The notes below the pieces were generated by a model. That model had not been told where the DNA came from. It searched no databases and saw only the letters and a program-made list of their open reading frames with translations. Position numbers and translations under genes: made by a program. From Lama glama (Eukaryota), in the NCBI GenBank assembly GCA_028534125.1, contig CM052817.1, positions 54,314,001-54,378,000 on the forward strand: 64,000 nt of DNA, in the 5' to 3' direction. Positions 26,191 to 38,989 of this stretch are shown here, piece after piece. The stretch's first letter is position 1, and each line of letters begins with the position of its first letter.

Positions 26191-27436
26191 AATTGCTACA
26201 TTTGAAACAAATCATAATAGAAATAAAAGAAATGAGTAACAGGAAGAAAAGGCTCAGGGAAACATCAAAGGACTAACTTTTCATTTCCTACAAAGGATGG
26301 TTTGATCCTTATAGGAAGGAAATGCTGACATTACTATCAGCTTTCAAGAGCAGGTACAAGCAATGATACAATGTTGTCAAAGATTTCTTTGAATTTCTAT
26401 TAGCCAGCTAAATGTTTATAAGACTTGTTTTATTTTATAAAGTTATTTGAAACCATATCAGGAAGACTTGCAAGAGTAGACAAGTATTTTACTTAAATGC
26501 TAAGAGTACAGCTTTTAAATTTGTATCCTGTCCTCTAAGCTGTTTAGAAGCAAGGGGGGTAAAAATCAATAAACACCAGTCCTTCATCTCTGCTCAATTT
26601 AGCTCCTTTGGTGAGCAAAGAATTCCCTACGGCTAACATCCAAAGCATCCAAATTTCAGGCAGCTTGACAGGGCTTTCAACCAGGTCAGTCCAAACAGAG
26701 ATAGTAATCAAGTCTCCCACGATGGATTTCATTCACAGAGCGGGACTGATTACGGAGCAGGTCGAATCACTGCACTCTATTGACTGGAGATCAATTTTCA
26801 GCTTGAGGGACTATGGAGAACAGTACACAATAAAGCAGGGGGAGGACCAGGAGAATTCAATAGTGTAAGAAACCAAACTAAATGAGATCCTCTTAGTATA
26901 AAGAGAGGCTATCATATCACCTAACATTCCTGCCATATTTATCAGGAAAATATTCTGCTTTAGAAAAACAATGATTTAAATAAGCAAATAAAGTTTCGTC
27001 TAAATTTTATATAATTCTGTTTAATACATCTCCACAAAGTAAATTAACCTGAATTTAAAAACAGAAAACCTTCAAATCTAGCGATTTTCTCTAGTGATGA
27101 ATGGTGTTTTCTTTGCTATGTCCCTTTACAGGCTGGGAATATGCACCTAAGTAAAATTTGTTTAGAAGGTCATATGCTATGTTTCTGTCTTTCCATTTCA
27201 TTGCAAGGAAGATACTCTTTAGTATATAATGAAACAATTGGCATAGGCCTTATAAGTTTTGCCTCTGCTTTATAGCCAATCATTGGGAAAGTGTCACTGG
27301 ATCCAATTATCTCAGGAATGAATGTCACAATGTTTTTGCTTTCTGTATCACCCAGAACCCTAAAAGTTCTCAATGCTATCCCAGCCTGTCCAAATTAGAA
27401 ATGAAAATTATAAAGCTTAATTCCCTCTACTGTAAA

Positions 27437-27569
27437 TAGGGTATCTACTATATCCTAGTTTGCTAGGCACAGTTCCAGTGCATGCCAATCATCCTGGAGT
27501 AAATGTTAATAGCCCCTATATACTGTCAGAGGTGACCCAGTTTGGACTATAAATTAATCCATCTTCCTA
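27437..27569 (+). mobile_element. MER94 hAT-Blackjack MITE
   Basis: tagggta..tatatcctagtttgctaggcacagttccag...ttaatagcccc...ccagtttggactataaatta..cttccta; 133 bp, co-linear with recalled consensus. Confidence 0.75.
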
Positions 27570-27989
27570 GTGAAAAAAGTATGCAAATTCTGCCCATGCA
27601 AAAGACACAAATCAACAACAGAATAACCTCTTATAACTCCTGCTCCATTTCACAGAACCATCAAACTCAATTCCTTCTTCTCGTGGACAATTTCTTAAAA
27701 TAATTTTTGACAGTCTTAATGGCAGCTTCCATTTCATTTCCAATTATGCCTCCATATTTTAGAGCTCAAGTTCTGTCTCTTAAAAACTACTAAACACACT
27801 CATGGATTAACAAATTAAATTGTGTTTTCTCAGTTGATATGCCAACAGCATAAAGAAACACTGGATATCTGATCATTTCATCTCTCTTAAAGTTGTTTCT
27901 TTCTTGTTTATCATTTTTATAGTATCTTTTTAACTCTTGAAATTTTCTTTGTCTCTTTCTATTTATTTGTATGATTTCTCCAGACTTTT

Positions 27990-28250
27990 CACCTCTTATA
28001 CTACTTCCTTTTCTTCAGTGATCTACTCCAATCCTAGAATTTCAGCTACCACCTCTATGTTCATGACAGGAGAATCAGTCCCTGAACTGACTTCTCCCCC
28101 AAACCCAAGAATTTCAATTTTGATCTGACTGGAAGGCACTTCTTTATGGCATCCAGAGGCATGATGAACTCAGGAAGTTCCAATAAGTTTTCATCACTTT
28201 TAAATGTGCAATCTCTCACCTACCCCAAGTGCTTTATTCATCTTTCTATC
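27990..28250 (+). mobile_element. L2 fragment
   Basis: gtgatctactccaatcctagaatttcagctaccacctctatgttcatgac..gacttctccc. Confidence 0.65.
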
Positions 28251-28668
28251 TTGGAGAGTGTATCTAATGGTGCTTTAGGCAAGATGGTAATATTCAATAC
28301 CCACAGTAAAGTGAATCAAAGGGAAAGTGCTCTTGACATGGGGAAAGCTAAACTTAGTAAGTTAGGCCTGTTGTGAAATTAGTCTATGATTCTTTTACCA
28401 AAGTCAAAAAATACCTTCAATACTACCCACTACCACAACATTAGCAATCAGAGCAAAACTCGGTATGTTTCTGACTTGAACTCTGCTAATCAAAAAGCAC
28501 TAGATGAGAAATGTTCTATAGTTTTTCTTCTGTGATCAAAAAAGTATTTTTTGGTTTACTATTTAAAGAGTCACAATGTTCTATAACCATCTAAAACAGC
28601 TTATAAAACAGTAAATATCTGATAAGTTAGCTTTACAATAGGTTTGATTTCTCGAAATAGAGCATTTT

Positions 28669-29095
28669 TTTATTTGAAGTGTAGTTGACAATGTTAGTTT
28701 CAGATGTACAGCAAAGTGATTCAGTTATACATTATATATATATATAATATATAATATACACACACACATACATATACACACAAATATATATATTTCTTTT
28801 CAGATTCTTTTCCATTATATGTTATTACAAGAAATTGGATACAGTTCCCTGTTCTAGATAGTAAGGTCCTTGTTGCTTATCTGTTTTATATATGGTAAGT
28901 GTCTGTTAATCCTCAACCCCTAATTTATCCCTCCCCGTCCTTTCCCCTTCGGTAACCATAGTTTGTTTTCTCTGTCTGTGGGTCTGTTTATGCCTTGTAA
29001 ATAGAATTTGTATCATTTTTTTTTTAGATTCCACATATGGATTCTGTCTTTTTCTATGTGACTCACTTCATTCAATATGATAATCTCTAGGTCCA
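28669..29095 (-). mobile_element. 5'-truncated cetartiodactyl-type L1 (3' end) with 14-bp TSD
   Basis: ttgaagtgtagttgac..cagcaaagtgattcagttatac...ttttcagattcttttcc...ggtaaccatagtttgttttc. TSD aaatagagcatttt at 28655-28668 and 29096-29109, followed by aaaaa (TTTT/AA). Confidence 0.9.
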
Positions 29096-32000
29096 AAATA
29101 GAGCATTTTAAAAAGACGCAATGGCAAAGTATTTTAATGATAAAGCATTTTAGTGTTAAATAGAATAAGAAAACAAGCTAGGAACACATTTTGCAGTGCA
29201 CTTTGCCTCAACCAGCAAAATGAAGAAAAAAATGAGCAAAACGCAATGTGTAGCTTACACTAGGTAGAATGTTTTTGAAGCCTTGGATGTACTCAGATTA
29301 AAAATAAGGACAATAGGGAAAAGAGGGAAGCTCTAAGAATATTCCTAGCATATGGCACTACATTAACGAATCCACTGGGTGCTCTCACTTTGTGCCACAG
29401 TGGCTTCTTTTCAGAATCATAGCAAGGAGTAAAATGAAGTCAAAATGAAGCACAGCATCTTTGTCCTGTTTGGAGTAAAATATATAGTTCAATTCACTGA
29501 ACACCACTGTTTTCAATATTAAGCCATAGCGCATTAGATTGGAGCTCTATATAACAATTCACATAACCCTATATCAAAAATATTTTAAAACTATAAAAAT
29601 ATATATTTATATTGTGGCCCATAATCACTCTATTTTAGCATCTTTGATAGCTGAAAAACTACTCAAACGTTGGGGGGTACATTTTCAGCACAGCATGAGC
29701 AGATTCAGCCTAGAGATTCCCACTAACGTCAGTGAGGGTTGCATGGTTCAATCTTAACACACAATGCGTTGAAAATTTACCCCAAAGCATCTCAGCAAAA
29801 GCTCCCCAAAAGAAAGGAAAGTTAAAGTTTCCCAACACAAATCTATCTTTTTTGGTATAATTTACTCATTCACCATTCTTAAACTCAGAACGTACATTCT
29901 TTCCACTAACAATAGATGTTCTACCTTCAAAGGAAAAACAAAACAGTTGAGTGGCAAGTTTTAATATGACGGGCTGTACCCCATTAAGATTAACCTCCAA
30001 GAGAAAGTCTTCCAAATATTTCAATTAGAGTTTCACTCAAAAATTCACTATTAGCTGGCTTAGTAGTCTTGTGCGAATGTTTATATGCTTTTTTGATCTG
30101 CTTACTTTCAAATGTTACTTTATATGACTTTCTTTTAACTATGAATAACTTTCAGTAAAAGAAGAGCATTAAATATGTTTTTGTGCCTTATTTCTTCAAA
30201 TTTCTGTTTTAAACATTTTCCAAAGTTTTGGCTTACATAAATTTAAATTCATGTTTGAATTTAGAGCATATTGTGTAAAATATGAAAATGGATGGGGAAA
30301 AAACACCATTCTCTAACAGTATCAATTCTCAGACAATTCTTGACTAAATATATTCCAATATCAAACTCTGAATTCCTTTTTTTCTAATAACATTTTTAAA
30401 CTAGAATAACTGGCTAGCTGAATATAACACTGCAAAAACAATTAATAATTAAAATCTAATTCTTCTAAATAAAATCTAATAAAAGTCCGTGGATTTTGCT
30501 ATATTAAACAAATAATTGTAGCTACTATTAGGAGTAATATTAGTTGGCTCCCCCAATTTTTTTTATTTCTATCTTTTATAATGGTTTTAAAATAACAAAA
30601 TAGGTATGATTATGAATACTTTCTCTTTTAAAAATATCTAATAAAACAAAGCAAATAACCAGCTATGTCCTTATGTGCCTCAGACAGCATTTAAATGACA
30701 TGAATAGATCTCTAAATATTAGCTCTTAAGGAAAGAGACTGGCAAATTCCCCCTCTTATACCCAGCACACAGCAAACGGTAATTACTCAAGAAATGCTTA
30801 TTTTAAGACTTTGTTAAATATATAGTATTTTTTATATTAACAATATAAACTTTTTATTACATTGACAAACATTTTCCATGTGTGTGAAAATTAAGAAGAA
30901 AAAACAGGGGTAAATCTCATCTATAGAAAATGATTTCATTCTTACAGAGATTCAAACTTAAATTTCTTGATTAAAAAAGTTTACAAAGGGTCTCTTTTTC
31001 TACAATTACACAAGTAATGTTTATTTTGCTATACAATTCTGAAATATTTAAGTGCACATTTAAAACTTACATGCAAATCATGTATTTCCTAGAATTCCCA
31101 GTAAGACGCAGACAAATGAGTCTGTTTTATTACCTACATGTGGATTCCAATAGGTTATAACGGTTCTGAGGTCAGAGGATTCCTTCTTGTGATAGTTAAT
31201 ACATACAAACAACATGGCCTAGAGACTTCAAATTCCTCCTAACACAGTACATATGAATATCATGCAGACACTAGAAACATCTCACCCAAGAGAACGAGTA
31301 ACTTACAAGCCAAGATGCCACATTTCATTTGCGTTAAGAGTATTTATGTTGGAATGAAACACACCTCGTTTCCAGTCTCAGCTAAGGGTCCTGCTTCCTC
31401 ATCTGTACAATCACAGGCAAACAATTTCATTCTCTAAGGTCCCAGTTTCCATCTGGGCCTATTTCTTAATTTGCTATAAGGAAGTTATGCTACTCAGTGT
31501 AATAGGTTCTATTACTGCCAAAGGAACATGATTCTCTACAATATGCAAGTAATCAGGAACTTTGTATTCACTCAATGACCCCCTTCTCTTTCTATTTCAC
31601 AGTAATCTGTTTAATCCTATCAGTTCTAAATTAACTTTTGACATAATAATTTATCACATTAAATATACTTTTACTCCTCTAATTTATTTCATATATCCAG
31701 TACAAAAGAATAATACCATAAAATTATCAGAAAAGTTTAAAAATATCATACTAGTAAAAAAGAAAAGTCTGGAATATGAGATGTGTAGGAAAAGAATCTT
31801 TTATAATTTGTTAACTTGCCCTCAACACCTACAATCTTAGCTGGAATGTGGTCAACAAATACTTGTTAAATGAAAAAAGTTTTAAAAGCAAAAGCCTGTT
31901 AAATGAGAATTCACATGCAACTTTCAGAGCTACTGAAAAAATTCTTTCTACTCACATTTTAATAGTACTTCTGCCTTAGTTCATAAGCATATGTTAATAT

Positions 32001-32379
32001 CCAAATAATGCATGACAACATAAATAAAATAACAGTACAAAATTTGATAAAACTGTATATAGACTATTCTTAAGCAAGGTATTCAGTAATCTGTAAAATG
32101 AGAGTTCCACACAATAAGAACTGTATTACAACTATGACAATGAGGTGATTATTTGAGGCTTTTAGAACTTAACATCGTATTTCATATATGATTTAATGGA
32201 TTATATTACCCAGGTGCTTACTTTCTGTATGCAGAAACTTTCTGTAAATATTTTCAAATTCAATATAAAGATATATGATCTATGCTGCTTCCATATTTTC
32301 CTGTTGAGCTGCAAGGTCCTAATAGGTGAAATAGTTGGCAGCTTACTTCTCATTTCCAACAATAAAAAACACAAACACA

Positions 32380-32700
32380 AAATGAATTTATTTACAAACG
32401 AGAAAAAGACTTGCAGACATAGAAAACAAACTATGGTTACCAGAGAGGAAAGGGGTGGAGGGTATAAATTAGGAGTTTGGGATTAACATATACACACCAC
32501 TATATATATAAAATAGATAAACAAGAAGGACCTACTATATAGCACAGGGAATTATATCAACTATCTTATAGTAACCTAGAAAAGAAAAGAATCTGAAAAA
32601 GAATATATATATATATATGTATAACTGAATCAATATGCTGTATACCTGAATCTAACACAACATTGTAAATCAACTATACTTCAATAAAAATCAGAAAATT
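32380..32700 (+). mobile_element. 5'-truncated cetartiodactyl-type L1 3' end (same family as 28669-29095)
   Basis: cagacatagaaaacaaactatggttacc...ggacctactatatagcacaggga...cattgtaaatcaactatacttcaataaaa; degenerate TSD aataaa..cacaaacaca on both sides. Confidence 0.9.
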
Positions 32701-33209
32701 AATAAATTCACAAACACACATCTATGCCTGAAGTTGCCTCAAGTTGATTTGGTAAACTAATCTGGCTTTGCTTTTGATTTTCTACTGAGAATATTTAATA
32801 TTTAATTATAAGGTTATATATTCTTAAAAATAATCAAGTCTACCTTAACTCTTTCTTTTTCTAAAACTCCCACAAGCTCCTTCAAATCAGAAGAAAGTCA
32901 GGACACAATCAACCCGTCTGTCAAGTTCTTATTTTAATATGCTCATTAACAATTTTGGTGATGCTTTTTCTATTTCCAGGCATGAAGTATCTTTTATTTA
33001 GTACATAGATGTACATGTGTAAAAACTAATCACTGTGTCACTAAATTTCAAGATAACTTAAGACAGAAAAAGTAACTTACTTTGGGTTGCACAAAACCTA
33101 AAGAAAAGCTATGAAACAAACAGCTAATTATTATAACTCTCTTCTTCCCCTAACCAATTCATATCATTTTCAATTCTCTAAAACAATCACAATTGAAACT
33201 TGTAAACAA

Positions 33210-33430
33210 AATAATAACAGATAAGTGAGCTGTTTTCTTGATTATGTGCTAATCACTCTTCTGAGTGCTTTACAAGTATCAGCACAATGAATCCTTTCAA
33301 AAACCATCAGTTCAATTTATAGATGAGCAAACTGGGACAAAATGAAGTGGTGAGCTCAATTAATTAGAGGAAGAGCTGGGACTGCCAGCTCAGGTGGTTT
33401 CACTTGAAAGTCTAGTCTCACCAATTACCA
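33210..33430 (-). mobile_element. MIR SINE
   Basis: gagtgctttacaagtat..aatcctttcaaaaacc..tttatagatgagcaaactggg...agagctgggact. Confidence 0.7.
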
Positions 33431-33459
33431 TTTGCTTCTCTGACCACAAAGATCAGCTG

Positions 33460-33923
33460 GTGAAGTATGCAGAAGAATGTCCCCTACCCTCAAGATGTTC
33501 ATGTCCTAAGCCCCAGAAGCTCATCAATATCTTATATTACATGGCAAAGGGGAATTAAGATTGCAAATGGAATTGAGGATGCTAATCTGCTGTCCTTTGG
33601 ACGGGAGAGTATCCTGGATTATCTGTGCGGGGCCAATGTATCCACGGGGGCCCTTACAAATGGAAGAAGGAGACAGAAGAGAGAGAACTGGGGAGATGGT
33701 AATATAAGGAGGACTTGGCTTTGAAGATGGAGGAATGAGGCCATGAGCCAAGAAACGAGGGCAGCCTCTAGAAGGTGGAAAACACAAGGAAATGGATTTT
33801 CTCCTAGAAACTCAGTCTTGACAACATCTTGTCTATAGGCCACTGAGAACCATTTCAGACTTCTGACCTTCAGGCTGCGAGAATAAATTTATGTTGTTTT
33901 AACAATTAAATTTGTTATAGCAA
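33460..33923 (+). mobile_element. MaLR solo LTR (MLT1D-like)
   Basis: caagatgttcatgtcctaa...tacatggcaaaggggaattaagattgcaaatggaatt...tatcctggattatc...ggctttgaagatggagga..ccatgagccaag...gacttctgacct..aataaattt. Confidence 0.9.
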
Positions 33924-34265
33924 TGTAATGGCTAATTTTATATTAACTTGGATAGACAACAACGACCAACCGTTTGGCCAAACACTATTCTAGATGTTTC
34001 TGTAAAGGTATTTCATAGAAGTGATTTACATTTACAATCAGTTGACTTTAAATAAAGCAGATTCCTCTTCCTAACATGGGTCAGCTTTCTACAATAAGCT
34101 GAAGGCTTTTAGAGCAAACATCAAGGTTTCCCAAGGAATAAAAAAAATCTACCTCCAGGCTGCAACACAGAAATCCTGAGTGACCGCCTTCAGTTTCAAG
34201 ACGGTAACTTCAACTTTTACCTGGATCAATCAATCTCCCTCCCTCCCTCCTTCTCTCTCTCTGCA
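33924..34265 (+). mobile_element. ERVL LTR (MLT2-type) fragment
   Basis: tgtaatggctaattttat..aacttg...tttggccaaacactattctagatgtttctgtaaaggtattt...taaagcagatt. Confidence 0.85.
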
Positions 34266-34340
34266 TAAATTACTACTAGTAACTTGCTACTAGCTTTACT
34301 TACTATAACTACCCTTAGGGACATTAGTATACTGAAGCAA

Positions 34341-34724
34341 GTATATGAGTGAGTTGGGGCTGCCAGAACATAATACCACAGACTGAGTGGCTTAAAGAGC
34401 AGGAATTTTTTTCTCACAGTTCTGAAGGCTGTGAAGTCCAAGATCAAGGTGCCAGCCAAATGGGTTCCTTGTGACACTCTCCTCCTGGCTTGCAGACAGC
34501 TGGCCTCTCACTGTGTCCTCACATGGAAGAGAGAACTCTGACGTCTCTCTCCCTTCTTATAAGGGGACTAGTCCTATTTGATTAGGGCCCCACACTTATA
34601 ACCTCATGTAAGCTTTATCACTCCCTTACAGGCCCTGTCTCCAAATGCAGTCACACTAGGGTCAGGACTTCAAACATATGAATGGGTGCAGGAGATGGGG
34701 TGGGGGGAGGATTCATCCCAAAGC
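34341..34724 (-). mobile_element. MaLR solo LTR (MLT1A/B-like)
   Basis: ggctgcca..aataccacagactgagtggcttaaa...tctcacagttctg..aagtccaagatcaaggtgccagc...cttcttataagg...gccctgtctccaaat. Confidence 0.9.
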
Positions 34725-35499
34725 AGAGGAAAAACAATTCTTCAAAGCACATGCACATATTTTAGTAGCTTTTATATTTAAAACTTAAGAAAATCAGACA
34801 GATATGAGCATCTTAGCTTAACTGCTAGGGATCTACAATTTATTACATAATATAATTATTTACATAGCATTTGATGGTTTCTAAAACACTCTCAAACAGA
34901 TTAGAGAAACTTTAATAGTTATTGTCATTTTATTATATGACCAAATTAGACCTCAGTGGGATACACTGAATCTCAATCCTTTAGTCTCACAAATAGTGAG
35001 CTGGGATTGAACCTACATCTGTTGATTCTAAATGTTATAGGCTTGGCATATTCAAAACTGCTCATCAACTGTGACGCAGGGAAGAAGGAGGAAGAATTTA
35101 TAGACTAACACAATATGTTAAAGTCAATTTTCAGAAATTAGTCATACTTTTCTATCCCTTCCTTAACTCTAAGTATAAACATAGAAATATACCCAGGGTT
35201 CTTAATAGAATAGAAGATAAACTTTGAGTATCTTGGGCATACAGGAGAGACAGTAACACTGATGTGAAGACTTTTTATCAAATTACTTAGTAATTTATTC
35301 CAAGTGGTTCTCGAAAAGACTGAAATTTTCTAATTTTCTTTCCCCAGAATGAAATAAAAGTGAAGGAGTGTCATGTTTTCCATAAGTGGTGGGTTGTTGT
35401 TTTTTTTTTTTTTTGAGTTTCTGAAAATGCTACACCTCTATCTAAAATTTTTCTTAAATTTTTCACCAAAAATGACCCTGGGAGGGTAGTATAAGGTAG

Positions 35500-35715
35500 C
35501 ATTTCACTACATATTTTAAAATTGGGAACCCTGGTTTGCAACTGCACCATTTACCAGTTGTACCCTGGACAACTTTTTTACTATCTCTAAGTTTCAGATT
35601 TCTTTTAACTAAAATGGGCATGATAATGCAAGACTATTGTAAGGGTTAGAGAATTTCTAGACCTTGCCAAATATCTGACAACTAATACATGCTAAATATG
35701 TAAGACATTTAATTA
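35500..35715 (+). mobile_element. MIR SINE
   Basis: ccatttaccagttgtaccctggacaac..ctctaagtttcagatttc..taaaatgggcatgataat. Confidence 0.65.
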
Positions 35716-36740
35716 GCATTGTGACTGTCAACAAAATACCTCTACTTTAAATATTTTAAATTCTCTGGAATAGTACATTTGCCCAGGAAAAAAAACACAG
35801 ACAATTTAAGTCAGGGAGTTTTCATATTTGCAAAATCTTACAGGGTTTGTAACTGGACAAAATTGTGCACTGTCATTGCAGTCGCAGCATATTGGGGTGA
35901 TGCCAGGCCATCACCCTGATGAGGGGCTCTGAGGCTCATCTAAAGACTGTGTTCATAGTGCCTTTGTTATTTTGTAGACCAGCATGGGTTAACTCCACAG
36001 AACACAGTGAAAAGACAGTTCAGCAGACGGTGTACGTAGTTAATTCTTTTGAAAACGGGCGATGACTCAAATCATGGGACCCATAATGCTATTGTCCTAC
36101 TTCATAATTCACTAACTTTTCCAAGCATTACCTCATTTGATCCTCAAAACAGTCCTGACATGAAGACAAGGCAAATACTATTGCCCTTTTGCTGCTAGGG
36201 GAACTGTATTTCTGAGACGGTAAAATTTTGGCCCATTAGCAAAACCAGAGCTAAAATCCTTATCTCGAGTCTCCTTGTGCAGTGTAGTTTGTAACAAACA
36301 AATGTCTTCCAAAGTTGAGTAGATTGAATTTGAAAAAACAGCACTTATTTACAATAAAACCCTTTTTTCTTTTTATAATGCAGATAGAAGCCACATTTTT
36401 CACTTTTGCCTTTTCTTCCCCAGTCAAAAAATATGATTGGGAAATAAGCTACTTGGCTCTCCACTAATCTGCATTCACATTTCACAATTCATTCTTACTG
36501 TGCCCTTCAAAACAGTACCAAAGCCAATGAATAAAGAAAGCCTTCTAATATATGACTTATGCAAGAAGGAAAAAAACAAGTTAATAGCTTCTGATGTAGG
36601 CAGATCCATTTCCAGCCATCCAGAAAACCCCTTAAGGATCCTGGCTGTACATAATGAATGTGCTCTAACTACTCGTAGAATTACAACATGGTGAAAGCTT
36701 TGTAAGGATCCCATTAATCTTTGGGTCAAAAGTGCCTTAC

Positions 36741-36975
36741 ATCCTACTAGGGTAGTTGAACATGGTTCCACCAAAAAATCTGTTTTGTATTTTTTAAAGT
36801 GCAAATAACTGCTACTTCTTTAGCAATACTGGTAGCTAGGATATTGGTCTGCCAGATCCGCTCCCGGATTTAGCTCCAAGAAATGTACCAACATGCTTGA
36901 AGAACGCATAATCCAGCTTCATGGTTTATCATACAACAGTCACACAACCAGAAAGTGACCAAAAGTTCCAGAGCT
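36741..36975 (-). other. Candidate internal exon, 235 nt (probably 5' UTR; could end in ATG-initiated MFNYPSR + 2 nt)
   Basis: Minus-strand acceptor tttctaaattcccttag|AGCTC and donor GAT|gtaagg; non-repetitive, retains several CpGs; no full-length open frame. Confidence 0.45.
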
Positions 36976-37295
36976 CTAAGGGAATTTAGAAATTGGTAGT
37001 GCTTTCATTTCTACAATTTCAGAGTTTACTTCCCTCTTCTACCTTTCTAGATAGTAAAACAAATACCCTCAAAAGGTAAGTCTGGGTGGACGCTTAGAAG
37101 TTTCAAAGCCGTAAGAGAAAAGTTCAAAAGAAATCAATTTACACCGCTCAATTTCTCTATTATCAGGAATTTTATTACAATCTTTAACAAAAAAAACTTG
37201 AAGAAAAAACATTAGAAAAATGGTCTAAAATTCCCTATTCCTCTTTCCATAGTTCCCAGAAATATAAAAAAGAAAAGAGAAAAAGAGGCCACATT

Positions 37296-37340
37296 TTATA
37301 TACACATATATGTGTACATACATATACAGACATATATATA

Positions 37341-37377
<37 letters not shown>
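37296..37377. repeat. (TA)n microsatellite with CA/TG-mixed flank
   Basis: About 14 perfect TA units at 37349-37376. Confidence 0.95.
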
Positions 37378-37380
<3 letters not shown>

Positions 37381-37489
37381 ACTTGTTATTTTGACAAAAA
37401 TGTACTAAAGTATTTTAAACGATTCCAAGGTGAAAAGTCCTAAAAACAGGAAAATAACACAGAACCGAATGGAACAATTCCAAGTCATT

Positions 37490-38165
37490 TCCTGCATCCA
37501 TCTAGCTCCTTTTATAGTTCACTAGCACAATTCTAGCAACTTACCATTATCTCTAACCTAAAAAAACCGCAAAGGGCTTGTAACTGATCTCCTGCCTTCT
37601 ACTCGTGTTACCCTCAACTCACTCCCAGTTCATTATTTACAAGGTAAATCAGATACTGGCATTCATCCTTCTAACTCTCTAAAATGATTTGTGAGAAAGT
37701 AGGAGAAAATCCAGATTTCAGCACCCTACATAATTTAGACCCTGCCTCACCTTCTAATTTTACATTTTACCTCACCTGGCCTGGTACACTGAATGCCAGC
37801 CATTCTGCCCCTGAGATAAACCGAATTGATTTGGATCTCAGGGCTCTTGCTTTTATTCCCTCAGAGCCACAAAAAGCTTCTTTATCACTTGGGTCTCATC
37901 TCAGATCTTAGTCCCTAACGAAGCCGAGGTTAGCCTCATTCCCAGATCGCTCTCTGTTCCTTTCCCTTGTACTATTTTATTTGTGTTCAACACTATCTGG
38001 AATTACTAATTAGACTATTTTTACATTTTTTCATAGTCTGTCTCCCCCAAGTAGAATTATGTTTCATAACAGCAGGGATAGATTTTCATTTACTGTTATA
38101 TCCCAGTGCCTCAAACAAACTTGGTACATAGGAAGTAATAAATATCTATGAAGAATATAAATGAG
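37490..38165 (+). mobile_element. L2 3' region including tail
   Basis: taactgatctcctgccttc...gaccctgcctcacct...ctcagggctcttgc...gtctgtctcccc..cagcaggga..tttactgttatatcccagtgcct..ggtacatagg..aataaatat. Confidence 0.85.
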
Positions 38166-38989
38166 GATACTTCCAAGATGTATTTTTACAGGATACATAG
38201 CTAGAAAATGGGGAGAAAATGAGACAAACTTATTCTTTAAGTTCATTTGGCATTTAACTTGCTGCCAAAAAGTAGTGTCATCTTGAGGACTCTTTACCAT
38301 CTAGGCTGAGATTTGAAAATAGTTTTACTGCAGTTTAGAAAATGGCATTTAAAACCCCACAAAACCCAACCAAGTCTGGCTCCTGTTATGTCTCTAGGTT
38401 TTTAACCTTCTTTCACGGTTTCCAGAAGTTGCTGATAAGAGGAAGGTACCTGTTAAACCTATATATGCAAGACTTAAAATCAAGACCAGCCTAATTCTTT
38501 CCCTCTGAAGCTCTTCCTTTAAGATCACTTGAGCTACGCTTTTAACAGTGTCATTGGAGATTTAGTCCCTAGACTCACAGAAGAAGGCTTTGTACAGAGC
38601 TCGTGCCTAACCTCCTGAGGCTCGCCACCAGGGCACTTGTGACTAATCTAGGTTAGACATCAGAACTTCCACTCAACTCCTCTGAGTGGTATGGAGGGAC
38701 ACACAAAGCCATTAGTTCTGTGTCCTGGAATTGGGGTAGAAAATAAATTACTTAACTGTCCATAGCCAACCAAGGGACTAGATAGATATCTGATCAGAAG
38801 TAAGGGAAGGAATACAGGGACAAGGTATCTGTGAGTTATGATCTTAGGTAAGAATTGAGCAGTTTCTTCTCTTCAGAAATCTGTCCTGATTCTTATCAGT
38901 CTCTGAAGAGTGTCAGCTCTGCTTTGAATACTCTTCGCTTGCCACACGCTTCCCCATCTCAACTCAGAACGTTCACTCTTAGAACCTAT

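Noticed and set aside
33467..34477. Several overlapping 74-87 aa ORFs
   Set aside because: All lie in MLT1/MLT2 LTR sequence; these are typical repeat-derived chance ORFs.
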